Below are positions 7,273 through 15,219 of a DNA stretch of 16,947 bases, piece after piece (position 1 is the first letter of the stretch; each line of letters starts with the position of its first letter). The position numbers were made by a program, and so were the translations under genes. The notes under the pieces were generated by a model, which had not been told where the DNA came from, did no database searches, and saw nothing but the letters and a program-made list of their open reading frames with translations. Source of the DNA: Archangium sp. (GTDB lineage: Bacteria > Myxococcota > Myxococcia > Myxococcales > Myxococcaceae). The DNA is taken from NCBI GenBank assembly GCA_031367385.1, contig JANLPS010000105.1, forward strand, positions 1-16,947, written 5' to 3'.

Positions 7273-8679
7273 CTACAGGTCGACCAGAAAGACGGCGACG
7301 GCATTGTCGAGCAGCTCCTTCGACAAAGCGGGCGCTGTGCCCCGATACCGGGCTGAGTCTTTGACCAACTGCACGAGATCGCGCGGGTGGCACGAGCGCA
7401 TCTCGATTTGACGGGGCTTGTAGGCGCTCTCGATGAGGTAGCTGACGGCCTGTTCGACGTAGGCGATGCCCGAGGCCTCGCAGACCCGCCGAAAGATGTC
7501 GCGGTACTGGCGCTCGTCGGGGTTGCCGACCTCGATCTTGTATTTGATTCGCCGCAAGAAGGCCTCGTCGACCAGCTCTTTGGGGTCCAAGTTGGTCGAG
7601 AAGACGATCAATTGGTCGAAGGGTATCTCGAACTTCTTCCCGGTGTGCAGCGTGAGAAAGTCGACCCGTTTCTCGAGCGGCACGATCCACCGGTTCAGCA
7701 AATCGGTCGGGTGCACCTTCTGCCGGCCGAAGTCGTCGATCAGCAGCATGCCGCCGTTGGCTTTGACCTGAAACGGCGCTTCATAGAATCGGGCGGTCGG
7801 CGAGTAGATTAGGTCGAGGGTTTCGAGGGTGAGCTCTCCGCCGACGATGACCGCGGGGCGCCGGCAGATCTGCCAGCGGCGATCGAGGTCGAGGCTGGGC
7901 TTGCGCGCCCCATCGTGAGCGCTGCGCATCGGCACCACGTGATGCACGAGCTCGTCGAAGACCTTGACGATTTGCCCATCAATCTCAATCGCATAGGGGA
8001 TGTAGGCCTCCCCCCCGAACATGCCGCTGACCGCCTCGGCGAGCGAGGTCTTGCCGTTGCCCGGGGGCCCGAACAGAAACAGCGAGCGCCCAGAGTTCAC
8101 CGCGGGCCCGAGCTTGTCGATGATCGCGCCAGGCACGACGAGGTGCGAGAGGGCCAGCTCGAGCGTCTTGCGCTTGACCACCGGCAGCTCGCGGGTCTGA
8201 TTCTGAATCAGCGCGTTGTACTGCTGCACTGGCACCGGCGCAGGCCCCACATAGGTCGTTCGCTCGAGCGCATCACGTGCGTATTCGCGGCCCTTCACGG
8301 TGAGCATGAAGTCGACCGACATGCGGCCGAAGCCCTTGCCGCCGCGCAGGTCGACCAACTTCTCGGTCGCCACGAAGTCGATCACGTTCTCGACCACGTT
8401 GGTCCACGGCAGCTTGAGCGTGTCTGAGAGCTCGGCGCCGGTCGCGGTGCCCGTGTAGTAGAGAAATTTGAGCGCGATGTCTGAGAGCAGCCCGATCTTC
8501 AGACCCGTGTCTTCGAGCGATTTCGGCTCGGGTGGGGCGATGTCGAGAATCGACGGGTTCTCGAGGTTGTATGGGTTGTGACCGCCGGCGACAGGCACCT
8601 CGCCCGTGGGTGCCCGGTCGTCGACAATCAAATCACTGGTGTTGATGCGCTGCGATCGTTCAGGTCGGCGAGAGGCCAT
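7273..8679 (-). CDS. AAA+ P-loop ATPase of uncharacterised family with an N-terminal winged-helix-like region
   Basis: Walker A GPPGNGKT, Walker B LLIDDFGRQ, sensor-1 FSTN, arginine finger AFLRRI and PRDL; 468 aa. Confidence 0.9.
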   Translation of the reverse strand: MASRRPERSQRINTSDLIVDDRAPTGEVPVAGGHNPYNLENPSILDIAPPEPKSLEDTGLKIGLLSDIALKFLYYTGTATGAELSDTLKLPWTNVVENVIDFVATEKLVDLRGGKGFGRMSVDFMLTVKGREYARDALERTTYVGPAPVPVQQYNALIQNQTRELPVVKRKTLELALSHLVVPGAIIDKLGPAVNSGRSLFLFGPPGNGKTSLAEAVSGMFGGEAYIPYAIEIDGQIVKVFDELVHHVVPMRSAHDGARKPSLDLDRRWQICRRPAVIVGGELTLETLDLIYSPTARFYEAPFQVKANGGMLLIDDFGRQKVHPTDLLNRWIVPLEKRVDFLTLHTGKKFEIPFDQLIVFSTNLDPKELVDEAFLRRIKYKIEVGNPDERQYRDIFRRVCEASGIAYVEQAVSYLIESAYKPRQIEMRSCHPRDLVQLVKDSARYRGTAPALSKELLDNAVAVFLVDL

Positions 8680-8688
8680 GAGCGCCGC

Positions 8689-8694
8689 ACTCTA
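8689..8694 (-). promoter_or_regulatory. Putative -10 element (TAGAGT) of a near-leaderless AAA ATPase transcript
   Basis: Minus strand reads TAGAGT-gcggcgctc-ATG with no Shine-Dalgarno sequence. Confidence 0.5.
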
Positions 8695-8806
8695 CCCCGA
8701 TCGTCGCGAGTGCCTTGAAGCAGCTCGATCTACTCAGATTCTTGGACGACGAGAAGACGCCGCCACGACTGGAAACAGAGGCCCTCGCTGTGTTTGGGTG
8801 GGCGTC

Positions 8807-10330
8807 ATGTCCGGCATTCCTCCCAATGGCGATGGGCCTCGACGCGTGTACTCGCGCGAGCTGCCGGCGTCGGTCGCGATTCGAACCGAGGCACCTCAAC
8901 CGGCCCCCACCGCAGCCAACGGGAGCACAGTCACAGAGATGGCCCGTGCGCTGGTGCCGATGCTGAGCGCTGCCGAGGCCGAGAAGTGGCTCACCACCAA
9001 CCCGGGCATCGCGCGCACGCTCCGGGCCTTCGCCTCGAACAGCAATGACCCGCTCGAAGTCGCCAAGAACGCGGGGCGCGCGATGCGCCACGAGCTGATC
9101 AGCGCAGGGTCGTTGCCCTCGCAGCTCGCCGTCGGCAACGATGTTCGCGCGGTCAGCGAATCGTATGCACAAGACCTGGGTTTCAAGAACGTGGAGATCG
9201 CCAACGGGGTGGCGGTCGTCGTCACCGAGAGTGGCAAACGCTCGAAGCTGACCGAGCTCGACCCAACCAAGAACGCTTCGAAACAAATCGAGACCATCGG
9301 CAAAGCGCTGAACGTCGAGCGCTTCGGAGTGGCGGCAGTCGAACCACCCCCCGCTGTGATGCAACCCAACGCCAAGGCGTACAGCGAGGTCAATGCGCAC
9401 CGCATGGCCCACCTGAGCGTGCTCGCCTACAAAGACGAAGCGACGGTCAAGGCGCAGCTGGGCAGGTGGGGCTACGACCTCAAGACCTTCACCTGGCTCG
9501 AAGACAAAGCCTCCGACACCCAGGGGTTCTCGGTTGCCGACAAGGCCGGCAACGCGTTCTGTATTTTTCGGGGCACCGAGTCATTGACCGACGCGAAGGT
9601 CGACGCCGACATCGCGACGGTCTCGCCAAGCTGGAAGAAGACCAACCCCGCTGGTCTGCAGCTGCACCGTGGCTTCGCGAATGCGCTCGACAGCGTGTGG
9701 CCGCAAGTTGAGCAGGGCCTGGCGCTTGCGCGTGGCGGTAAGCCCGGCGCTCCGGTGTTCTTCGGGGGCCACAGTCTTGGCGCTGCGGTGGGCCAGGTTG
9801 CCGCCCTTCGAGCCGTCGAGACCGGGCTCGCGCCCCGAGAGACCACCCAGGTCTACACCCTCGGTTCACCCCGGGTAGGCAACGAGGCCTTTCGCGAGGT
9901 CTACAACCAGGCGTTGCCCCGATCATTTCGAAACGCCAACTTCAGCGACGGTGCGCTCGCGTCGGTTCAAGACATGGTGACGCAGGTAGCGCCGCTGGCC
10001 CTCGGGTTTCGCGCGCTGGGCCAGTTGGTGCGGCTCAAAGAGACGGGCAAGACCGAAATCATCGCCGTGACTGACGCGCGGTCGAAGGCTGTACGCCCGC
10101 AGGGCGCCGTTGGCACCGACAGCGACCCTGGCACCGCGAAGGTCGAGGCACTGCGCGGCGAGGCACTGAAGAACTACATCAGTGAGGTGAGCCTGGGCAG
10201 GCAGTCGGTGCCCGACCCCGATTCGCGTGGCGTCGTCCAGAAAGACTTCGTGCTGCCGAGCCTCCCGTTTCACATGAGCGGCAACTACCTCGCGCGCACC
10301 GGCCTGAGCGTGCGGCTCAACGAGAAGTAG
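8807..10330 (+). CDS. Class 3 lipase-family protein with a long N-terminal extension
   Basis: LSVLAY, DTQGF, FRGT, HRGF, nucleophile elbow GHSLG (9767-9781), YTLGSPRVGN, DMVTQV and C-terminal FHMSGNY. Start placed at ATG 8807 because the ORF-track start (8606) overlaps the divergent ATPase gene. Confidence 0.87.
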   Translation: MSGIPPNGDGPRRVYSRELPASVAIRTEAPQPAPTAANGSTVTEMARALVPMLSAAEAEKWLTTNPGIARTLRAFASNSNDPLEVAKNAGRAMRHELISAGSLPSQLAVGNDVRAVSESYAQDLGFKNVEIANGVAVVVTESGKRSKLTELDPTKNASKQIETIGKALNVERFGVAAVEPPPAVMQPNAKAYSEVNAHRMAHLSVLAYKDEATVKAQLGRWGYDLKTFTWLEDKASDTQGFSVADKAGNAFCIFRGTESLTDAKVDADIATVSPSWKKTNPAGLQLHRGFANALDSVWPQVEQGLALARGGKPGAPVFFGGHSLGAAVGQVAALRAVETGLAPRETTQVYTLGSPRVGNEAFREVYNQALPRSFRNANFSDGALASVQDMVTQVAPLALGFRALGQLVRLKETGKTEIIAVTDARSKAVRPQGAVGTDSDPGTAKVEALRGEALKNYISEVSLGRQSVPDPDSRGVVQKDFVLPSLPFHMSGNYLARTGLSVRLNEK

Positions 10331-10475
10331 CGTTCAGGCGGAGTGCGAAGCGCACCCACTGGTTGCGCGCGTACAGGAGCTCCCCCGCCATCAGCGAGAC
10401 CGCCGCGTCTTCGAGTTGGAGCTTGGTGAGCAGCGCGAACGCCCCGAGCGCGAGGAGGGCCTCCGATTCGGTCAC
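10317..10475 (-). CDS. Putative 52-aa small protein or gene remnant downstream of ilvE
   Basis: GTG..TGA ORF MTESEALLALGAFALLTKLQLEDAAVSLMAGELLYARNQWVRFALRLNATSR. 44 of the first 48 codons end in G/C. It fills the otherwise empty lipase-ilvE gap. Confidence 0.5.
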   Translation of the reverse strand: MTESEALLALGAFALLTKLQLEDAAVSLMAGELLYARNQWVRFALRLNATSR

Positions 10476-10499
10476 CGGCGTGGCCGTGGTGCCCTCAAC

Positions 10500-11453
10500 T
10501 CACACGTAGGTCAGCCAGCTCGCGTACTTCGGCTCGTGCCCGCGCACGACGCGAAAGTACATCTCTTGAATGGCTTTCGTAATCTCGCCCGCACCGCCAT
10601 TGCCCACCTGCCGGTTGTCGACCTCGCGCACCGGAGTCACCTCAGCCGCCGTGCCTGTGAAGAACACCTCGCCCGCGATGTAGAGCGCGTCACGCGTGAA
10701 GCTCACCTCTTGCACCTCACGCCCCATGCCCTTGAGCAGCTCGATCACCGTATCTCGCGTAATGCCTCGCAGAATCGGAGACGACAGCGACGGCGTACGC
10801 ACCACGCCATGCCGCCCGACGCAGAACACGTTCTCGCCCGAGGCCTCGGCGACGAAGCCCGAGATATCGAGGAGAATCGCCTCGTCGTACCCCGCCAGCA
10901 CCGCCTCGCGCTTGGCCAGAATCGAGTTCACGTACTGCCCCGAGATCTTGCCGCGCACCATGTTCACGTTGACGTGCATGCGCGTGAAGCTCGACACTTT
11001 CGCGCGAATGCCGTCTTTCATGCCCTTGTCGCCCAGGTAGCTGCCCCACTCCCACGGGCAAATCGCAACGCGCGTCGGGTTGATCGCCCCCAGGCCCATC
11101 GCGCCGTCACCCATGAACGCAATCGGCCGCAGGTACGCCCCATTGGGAAACTTGTCTTGCTGAGAGCGAAGCACGTCGATGCACGCATCCATCAGCTGCT
11201 GCTCGGTGAAGGGCAGGTTCAGCATGATGATGTGCGCCGAGTCCATGAACCTTCGAATGTGTTCTTGGAGGCGGAAGATGGCCAGGCGCCCATCTTTCGT
11301 CTTGTACGCGCGAATGCCCTCGAACACGCCGAGCCCGTAGTGCAGGGCGTGCGTCATGACGTGAATGTTGGCTTTCTCCCAGGGCACCAGCGCGCCATCC
11401 ATCCACACTGAGTCTGCCTTCAGCACCGCGGTCGAAGTCGATGACGTGCTCAT
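10500..11453 (-). CDS. ilvE: Branched-chain amino acid aminotransferase (PLP fold type IV)
   Basis: HALHYGLGVFEGIRAY, YLRP, catalytic Lys in GKISGQYVNS, GYDEAILLD, EASGEN, ILRGITR and EVFFTGTAAEVTP. Confidence 0.96.
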   Translation of the reverse strand: MSTSSTSTAVLKADSVWMDGALVPWEKANIHVMTHALHYGLGVFEGIRAYKTKDGRLAIFRLQEHIRRFMDSAHIIMLNLPFTEQQLMDACIDVLRSQQDKFPNGAYLRPIAFMGDGAMGLGAINPTRVAICPWEWGSYLGDKGMKDGIRAKVSSFTRMHVNVNMVRGKISGQYVNSILAKREAVLAGYDEAILLDISGFVAEASGENVFCVGRHGVVRTPSLSSPILRGITRDTVIELLKGMGREVQEVSFTRDALYIAGEVFFTGTAAEVTPVREVDNRQVGNGGAGEITKAIQEMYFRVVRGHEPKYASWLTYV

Positions 11454-11504
11454 GGTGACCGGAGGTTTGCCACATCATGACGCACTGCGAAACCTCGAAA
11501 CCCC

Positions 11505-12914
11505 TCACCCGATGCGGGGCAGGGGCGCCAGCATTCGCGTCAGAAACGGCACCTCGCCGATCAACTGCCGCCGCCCCCAGTAGACCGCTTCGAGCAGCTG
11601 CTCGACCGTCGGCACAACCGTCAGCGCGCCCAGGGTGCGCTTGTAGTCATGGGTCAGGTGCGCGTACGGGCGGCTGCGCGAGACGTTGATCTCGGCCAGC
11701 CGCGAAATCGGTAACCACAGCGGAGTCGACAGCCGCGGGCTGAACCCGTTCAGCGCCAGAATGAACGCATTGCGGGTGCGAATCTGCCCCTTGTGCACCG
11801 CGCGCCACGCCGCCTTCGAAGGCACGTTGTCGACCAGGCCCCCGTCGATGAAGCGCGAGATTCGCCGGCTCTCCATCAGGCCGTTGAGCAGGTTGTGCAT
11901 GCGGGTGTCGTCGCGCAGCACGTCGTAGTGAATGATGCCGGGCAGGGCGCTCGAGAACCCCGCTGCATCGATCGCGTCGAACTCCGCGGTCTCGTCGTCG
12001 GCGCCCAGATGCACCCGGGTCAAGATGTCGGGCCGCGCGGCGAGCTCCCAGAGCGCGCTGAACCACTTCGGCAGCACCATTGGGTTGAGCAGCTGCCGTG
12101 GCGACGCGCTGATCAACCGTTCGTAGAACTCCAGCGGGTGCGGGAGCTTGCCGCGCCTGATGCCCGCCACCGCGATGATCGTCTTGATCGGCAGCTGCGA
12201 GAGCCGCACCCCTTCGCCGCCCGCGGTGTCGACGCCGAACCACCGCCCGATGCCCGAGCGCAGATACAGCCGAAGCGCTGCTGGGAGCCCGTAGCGGTTC
12301 TCCATCGACACCGCGCGAAACAATTTTCGCCACGACAAGGTGCGCACGATGTTGACGATCTCGTCTTGCTCGAAGCGCTGCATTCGCGAGCGAAAGAGCG
12401 ACAGAATCGCGCCCATCGACGTGCCCACCATCAACGAGGGCGACAGCCCGTACTCGTCGAGCAGCGAGAGCACGCCCAGGTGCACGTAGGCCGTGCCTCC
12501 GCCGCCCCCCATCACCAGCACCAGCGCCTTTTTTCGAAGCTCCTGGTCGAAGGCCTCGGCCGGCAGCCGGTTCGCGAAGCGCTTCACCACCGCGTCGCGC
12601 ATCGACAGCGTTCGCTCTTTCAAGTCGCGCAGGTGCGGCTTGAGCGCCTCGCGGGTGACCTTGACCCGCTCATCGAGCAACACCGGCCCCAGCCGCCGCG
12701 ACAGCTCTTCGCGAAACGGAGTCAACATCACCCCGACCTTGACGTCGCGCCCTTCGTGATTGACGGTGTAGAGCTTGGCGAGTGAAAGCGCCGTGCGAAG
12801 AATCGCCTCTTCGTGCGCATCGATCAGGGTGGGCTGGGCGATGGCGGCGCGAACCAGCGCGCTCTCCATTTGTTCGAGCGGCCGGGTGATGAGAAACCGC
12901 TCGGCCAGTCTCAA
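11505..12914 (-). CDS. Patatin-like phospholipase with N-terminal helical extension
   Basis: Gly-rich loop VMGGGGGTAYVHLG, nucleophile GTSMG, SSALPG and catalytic DGG (FIDGGLVDNVP). TTG start 9 nt after the upstream stop. Confidence 0.9.
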   Translation of the reverse strand: MRLAERFLITRPLEQMESALVRAAIAQPTLIDAHEEAILRTALSLAKLYTVNHEGRDVKVGVMLTPFREELSRRLGPVLLDERVKVTREALKPHLRDLKERTLSMRDAVVKRFANRLPAEAFDQELRKKALVLVMGGGGGTAYVHLGVLSLLDEYGLSPSLMVGTSMGAILSLFRSRMQRFEQDEIVNIVRTLSWRKLFRAVSMENRYGLPAALRLYLRSGIGRWFGVDTAGGEGVRLSQLPIKTIIAVAGIRRGKLPHPLEFYERLISASPRQLLNPMVLPKWFSALWELAARPDILTRVHLGADDETAEFDAIDAAGFSSALPGIIHYDVLRDDTRMHNLLNGLMESRRISRFIDGGLVDNVPSKAAWRAVHKGQIRTRNAFILALNGFSPRLSTPLWLPISRLAEINVSRSRPYAHLTHDYKRTLGALTVVPTVEQLLEAVYWGRRQLIGEVPFLTRMLAPLPRIG

Positions 12915-12923
12915 AGTGTTCGC

Positions 12924-15206
12924 CTACCGCTTGCCGCGATTGCCGAGCAACCGCAGTTCGCGCAGCGCCTCGGTGCAGTCTGGGTTGCACTGAATGGCCT
13001 TCTCGAATTGCTTCTCGGCCTTGTCGGGGCGCCCGGTCGATTTTTGAATGTACCCGAGAAACAAGTACGCCTTGTCGAGCTTGGGGTTGAGCGAGATCGC
13101 GCGTTCGATCGCATCCATCGCGCCGTTCGCGTCGCCGACGTCGACCTGAAACATCGCCCAACCCAGCCACGCGTGAAATTCGCCCTCTTCGGGGTACAGC
13201 TCGATCGCGTCGCCGAAGGCCTTGACCGCCAACGGGTAATTTCGCTGGCGCATCATCTCTTCGCCGCGCTGAAACTTGCCCTCAGCCGCGAGAATCTTGC
13301 TCACGTCTTCGCCCATGTCGCGCTTGAGGCCCTGCGCGAGCTCCTTCACGTAGCGATCGCGCTCGGTCGAGTCGGCGAGCGTGTCGTGCGCCGCCGAGAT
13401 GAGGTCGTAAATCTGCTGGGCGAGCTGCTTCACCTCGGCCGACTTCGAGTCGAAGTGCTTGTCGGGGTGGTACTCTTTCGCGAGCCCGAAGTACGCGCGC
13501 TTCACGTCTTCGCGCGTCGCGTTCGCCTTCACGCCCAAAATCTCGAAGTAGTCGAGCCGTCTCATCGCGGCGGCCTTCGCTGCCAGGTGCTCTCGAACCA
13601 ACCCCTCGGCATCTGAAAGTCGCGGCCCACTCGAGATCTCGGGCAATTCAGGCAGCAACATCATTGGCTTGGCAGGCTCTGGCTTCTTCGCGGGCTGCGC
13701 TGACTGCGGCGGGGTCAAGTCAGGCGGCGGCGGGGGCGGCATCGAGAGCGGCTGCGAGCCCGCAGGTGGTACCGACTCGGTCGGGTCAGCGCCCAACGCT
13801 CCCAACGGAGGAGCGGCAGACACCGCGGTCAACGGCTTCGGCGGCAACGGCGGCGGCATCGTCGGAGCGGTCGGCAACGGTGGTGGCATCGGCGGCAGGG
13901 CCTTCGGCGTCAACGCCGCCATGTTCACGATCGACAGGCGCGGTTTGCCCTCAGCCGGGTCAGATCGAATGTCGATCATCTGCGCGCATTTCATCGCGAA
14001 GAGCAGCTGGTCAGTCTCGAGCTGGGGCAACAGCTCGAGCGCTCGCAGCGTCGCGACCGTCTTGTGCCCATCGACCAACTGCATCAGCTCGCGCTCTTCA
14101 TCACCCAACCCGGCGTCTTGCAGCGCGGCGAGCGTGTCTTCAGAGGGGTGCACATAGCACTGCTCGAGCCCGTGCATCGCTTTGCCCAGGCGCTCTTCGT
14201 CGTACGTGCGCTTGATGCCCTCGAGAATCAGCTGCGCGCTGCTCATGCCCAGCGACAGCGGCTCAGGCGGCGGAGTGCCATCGGGGTTCAGCTGGTACTC
14301 CCCGCTGTCCCAGCGGAAGGCGTCGAAGAGCTTCTCTTGCAGCTGCATGCTCAACGCGTGCTTCAGGTTGTGCGGGCTCAGGCAGCCCATGTCGATCAGC
14401 ACGGTGCCCTGCATGCGCTTGCTCGACTGCATTCGGCGCAGCGACTCCTCGCACTCGGCGTCGGAGATCATCTTTTCGCGAACCAGAATGCGCCCCAGGC
14501 ACTCGACCAGCAGGTTCGACTTCACGAGCTCAGGCGTGCCGTCTCTGAAATAGACGATCTTCTTCACCTTTTCGCGCCGCAGCAGCAGCGCACCAGTCAC
14601 CTTGTCGCGATGCAGCTGGGCCAGCACCTCGGCGAAGGGCCGCAGCGAAAAATCACCCTTCACCAGCGGCTTGGTCGGAGCCTCTTTCTTGGCCTGCTGC
14701 TCGACCACCTGCACCTCTTCGCGCTGGTTGTCGTCGGCCATGTACTCGCCGGTGACCTCGTCTTCTTCGACCGGCGGGGGCACGGGCTCGTGCACCTTGG
14801 GCTTCTGAAGGCTCGGGTAGCGGCTGCCCAGCGCGTTCTTCAGCGTCTCGTAGAGAAGCGGCAGCTCGACGGGTTTCTCGAGAAACGCGAAGGCCCCGTG
14901 CTTGGTGATCGCCTCTTTCTGGTGAATCGAGCTCTTGTACACGCCCGACATCACGATGATCGGCACCCGCTGCCCCTTGGGCATCGAGCGCAGCTGCTGG
15001 GCGACGTCGTAGCCGCTGACCGCGGGCAGCAGCAGGTCGAGAATCACCGCGTCGAACGACTTTTTTTCGAAGGTCTGAACGGCCCACTCGCCGTCGCGCT
15101 CGACCGTCACGTCGAAGCCTTGTTTTTTCAGCGCGTCAGCGAGCACTCGCTGCGTCGAGCGGTCGTCATCGACGACGAGAATTTGAGCCGGTTTGGGGCG
15201 AGCCAC
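12924..15206 (-). CDS. Multidomain protein: response-regulator receiver + DUF4388-like domain + Pro-rich linker + DnaJ J-domain + TPR repeats
   Basis: Receiver ILVVDDD...VILDLLLP...FLEKP; TGALLL..KKIVYFRDG...LFDAFRWDSGEY; J-domain DYFEILGV...AKEYHPDK (HPD at 13461-13469); C-terminal TPRs. GTG 15206 is preferred; TTG 15218 is the alternative start. Confidence 0.88.
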   Translation of the reverse strand: MARPKPAQILVVDDDRSTQRVLADALKKQGFDVTVERDGEWAVQTFEKKSFDAVILDLLLPAVSGYDVAQQLRSMPKGQRVPIIVMSGVYKSSIHQKEAITKHGAFAFLEKPVELPLLYETLKNALGSRYPSLQKPKVHEPVPPPVEEDEVTGEYMADDNQREEVQVVEQQAKKEAPTKPLVKGDFSLRPFAEVLAQLHRDKVTGALLLRREKVKKIVYFRDGTPELVKSNLLVECLGRILVREKMISDAECEESLRRMQSSKRMQGTVLIDMGCLSPHNLKHALSMQLQEKLFDAFRWDSGEYQLNPDGTPPPEPLSLGMSSAQLILEGIKRTYDEERLGKAMHGLEQCYVHPSEDTLAALQDAGLGDEERELMQLVDGHKTVATLRALELLPQLETDQLLFAMKCAQMIDIRSDPAEGKPRLSIVNMAALTPKALPPMPPPLPTAPTMPPPLPPKPLTAVSAAPPLGALGADPTESVPPAGSQPLSMPPPPPPDLTPPQSAQPAKKPEPAKPMMLLPELPEISSGPRLSDAEGLVREHLAAKAAAMRRLDYFEILGVKANATREDVKRAYFGLAKEYHPDKHFDSKSAEVKQLAQQIYDLISAAHDTLADSTERDRYVKELAQGLKRDMGEDVSKILAAEGKFQRGEEMMRQRNYPLAVKAFGDAIELYPEEGEFHAWLGWAMFQVDVGDANGAMDAIERAISLNPKLDKAYLFLGYIQKSTGRPDKAEKQFEKAIQCNPDCTEALRELRLLGNRGKR
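13842..13891. repeat. Imperfect intragenic direct repeat (2 x 20 nt, 30-nt period) encoding MPPPLP twice
   Basis: cggcaacggcggcggcatcg (13842-13861) and cggcaacggtggtggcatcg (13872-13891), 18/20 identical. Confidence 0.7.
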
Positions 15207-15219
15207 GTTGCCGCACAAC

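Noticed and set aside
8606..8806. N-terminal extension of the lipase ORF
   Set aside because: It overlaps the start and putative promoter of the divergent AAA gene, and the translation looks non-coding. ATG 8807 is more plausible.
8771..8806. ECF sigma promoter (GGAAAC ... CGTC) upstream of the lipase
   Set aside because: The 26-nt spacing between the elements is far longer than the roughly 16-17 nt expected.
10476..10502. Programmed readthrough or selenocysteine at the ilvE TGA
   Set aside because: IlvE ends at its normal family C-terminus (WLTYV), and I see no SECIS-like hairpin. An independent small ORF or remnant is simpler.
7273..12914. Anti-phage system (CBASS-like patatin/lipase effector with AAA ATPase)
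   Set aside because: There is no CD-NTase, HORMA, Cap2/3 or other defence gene. The genes lie in separate units among housekeeping genes.
13669..14157. Gly-rich plus-strand ORF resembling a glycine-rich or PE-PGRS-like protein
   Set aside because: It is simply the reverse complement of the Pro-rich linker of the J-domain protein.
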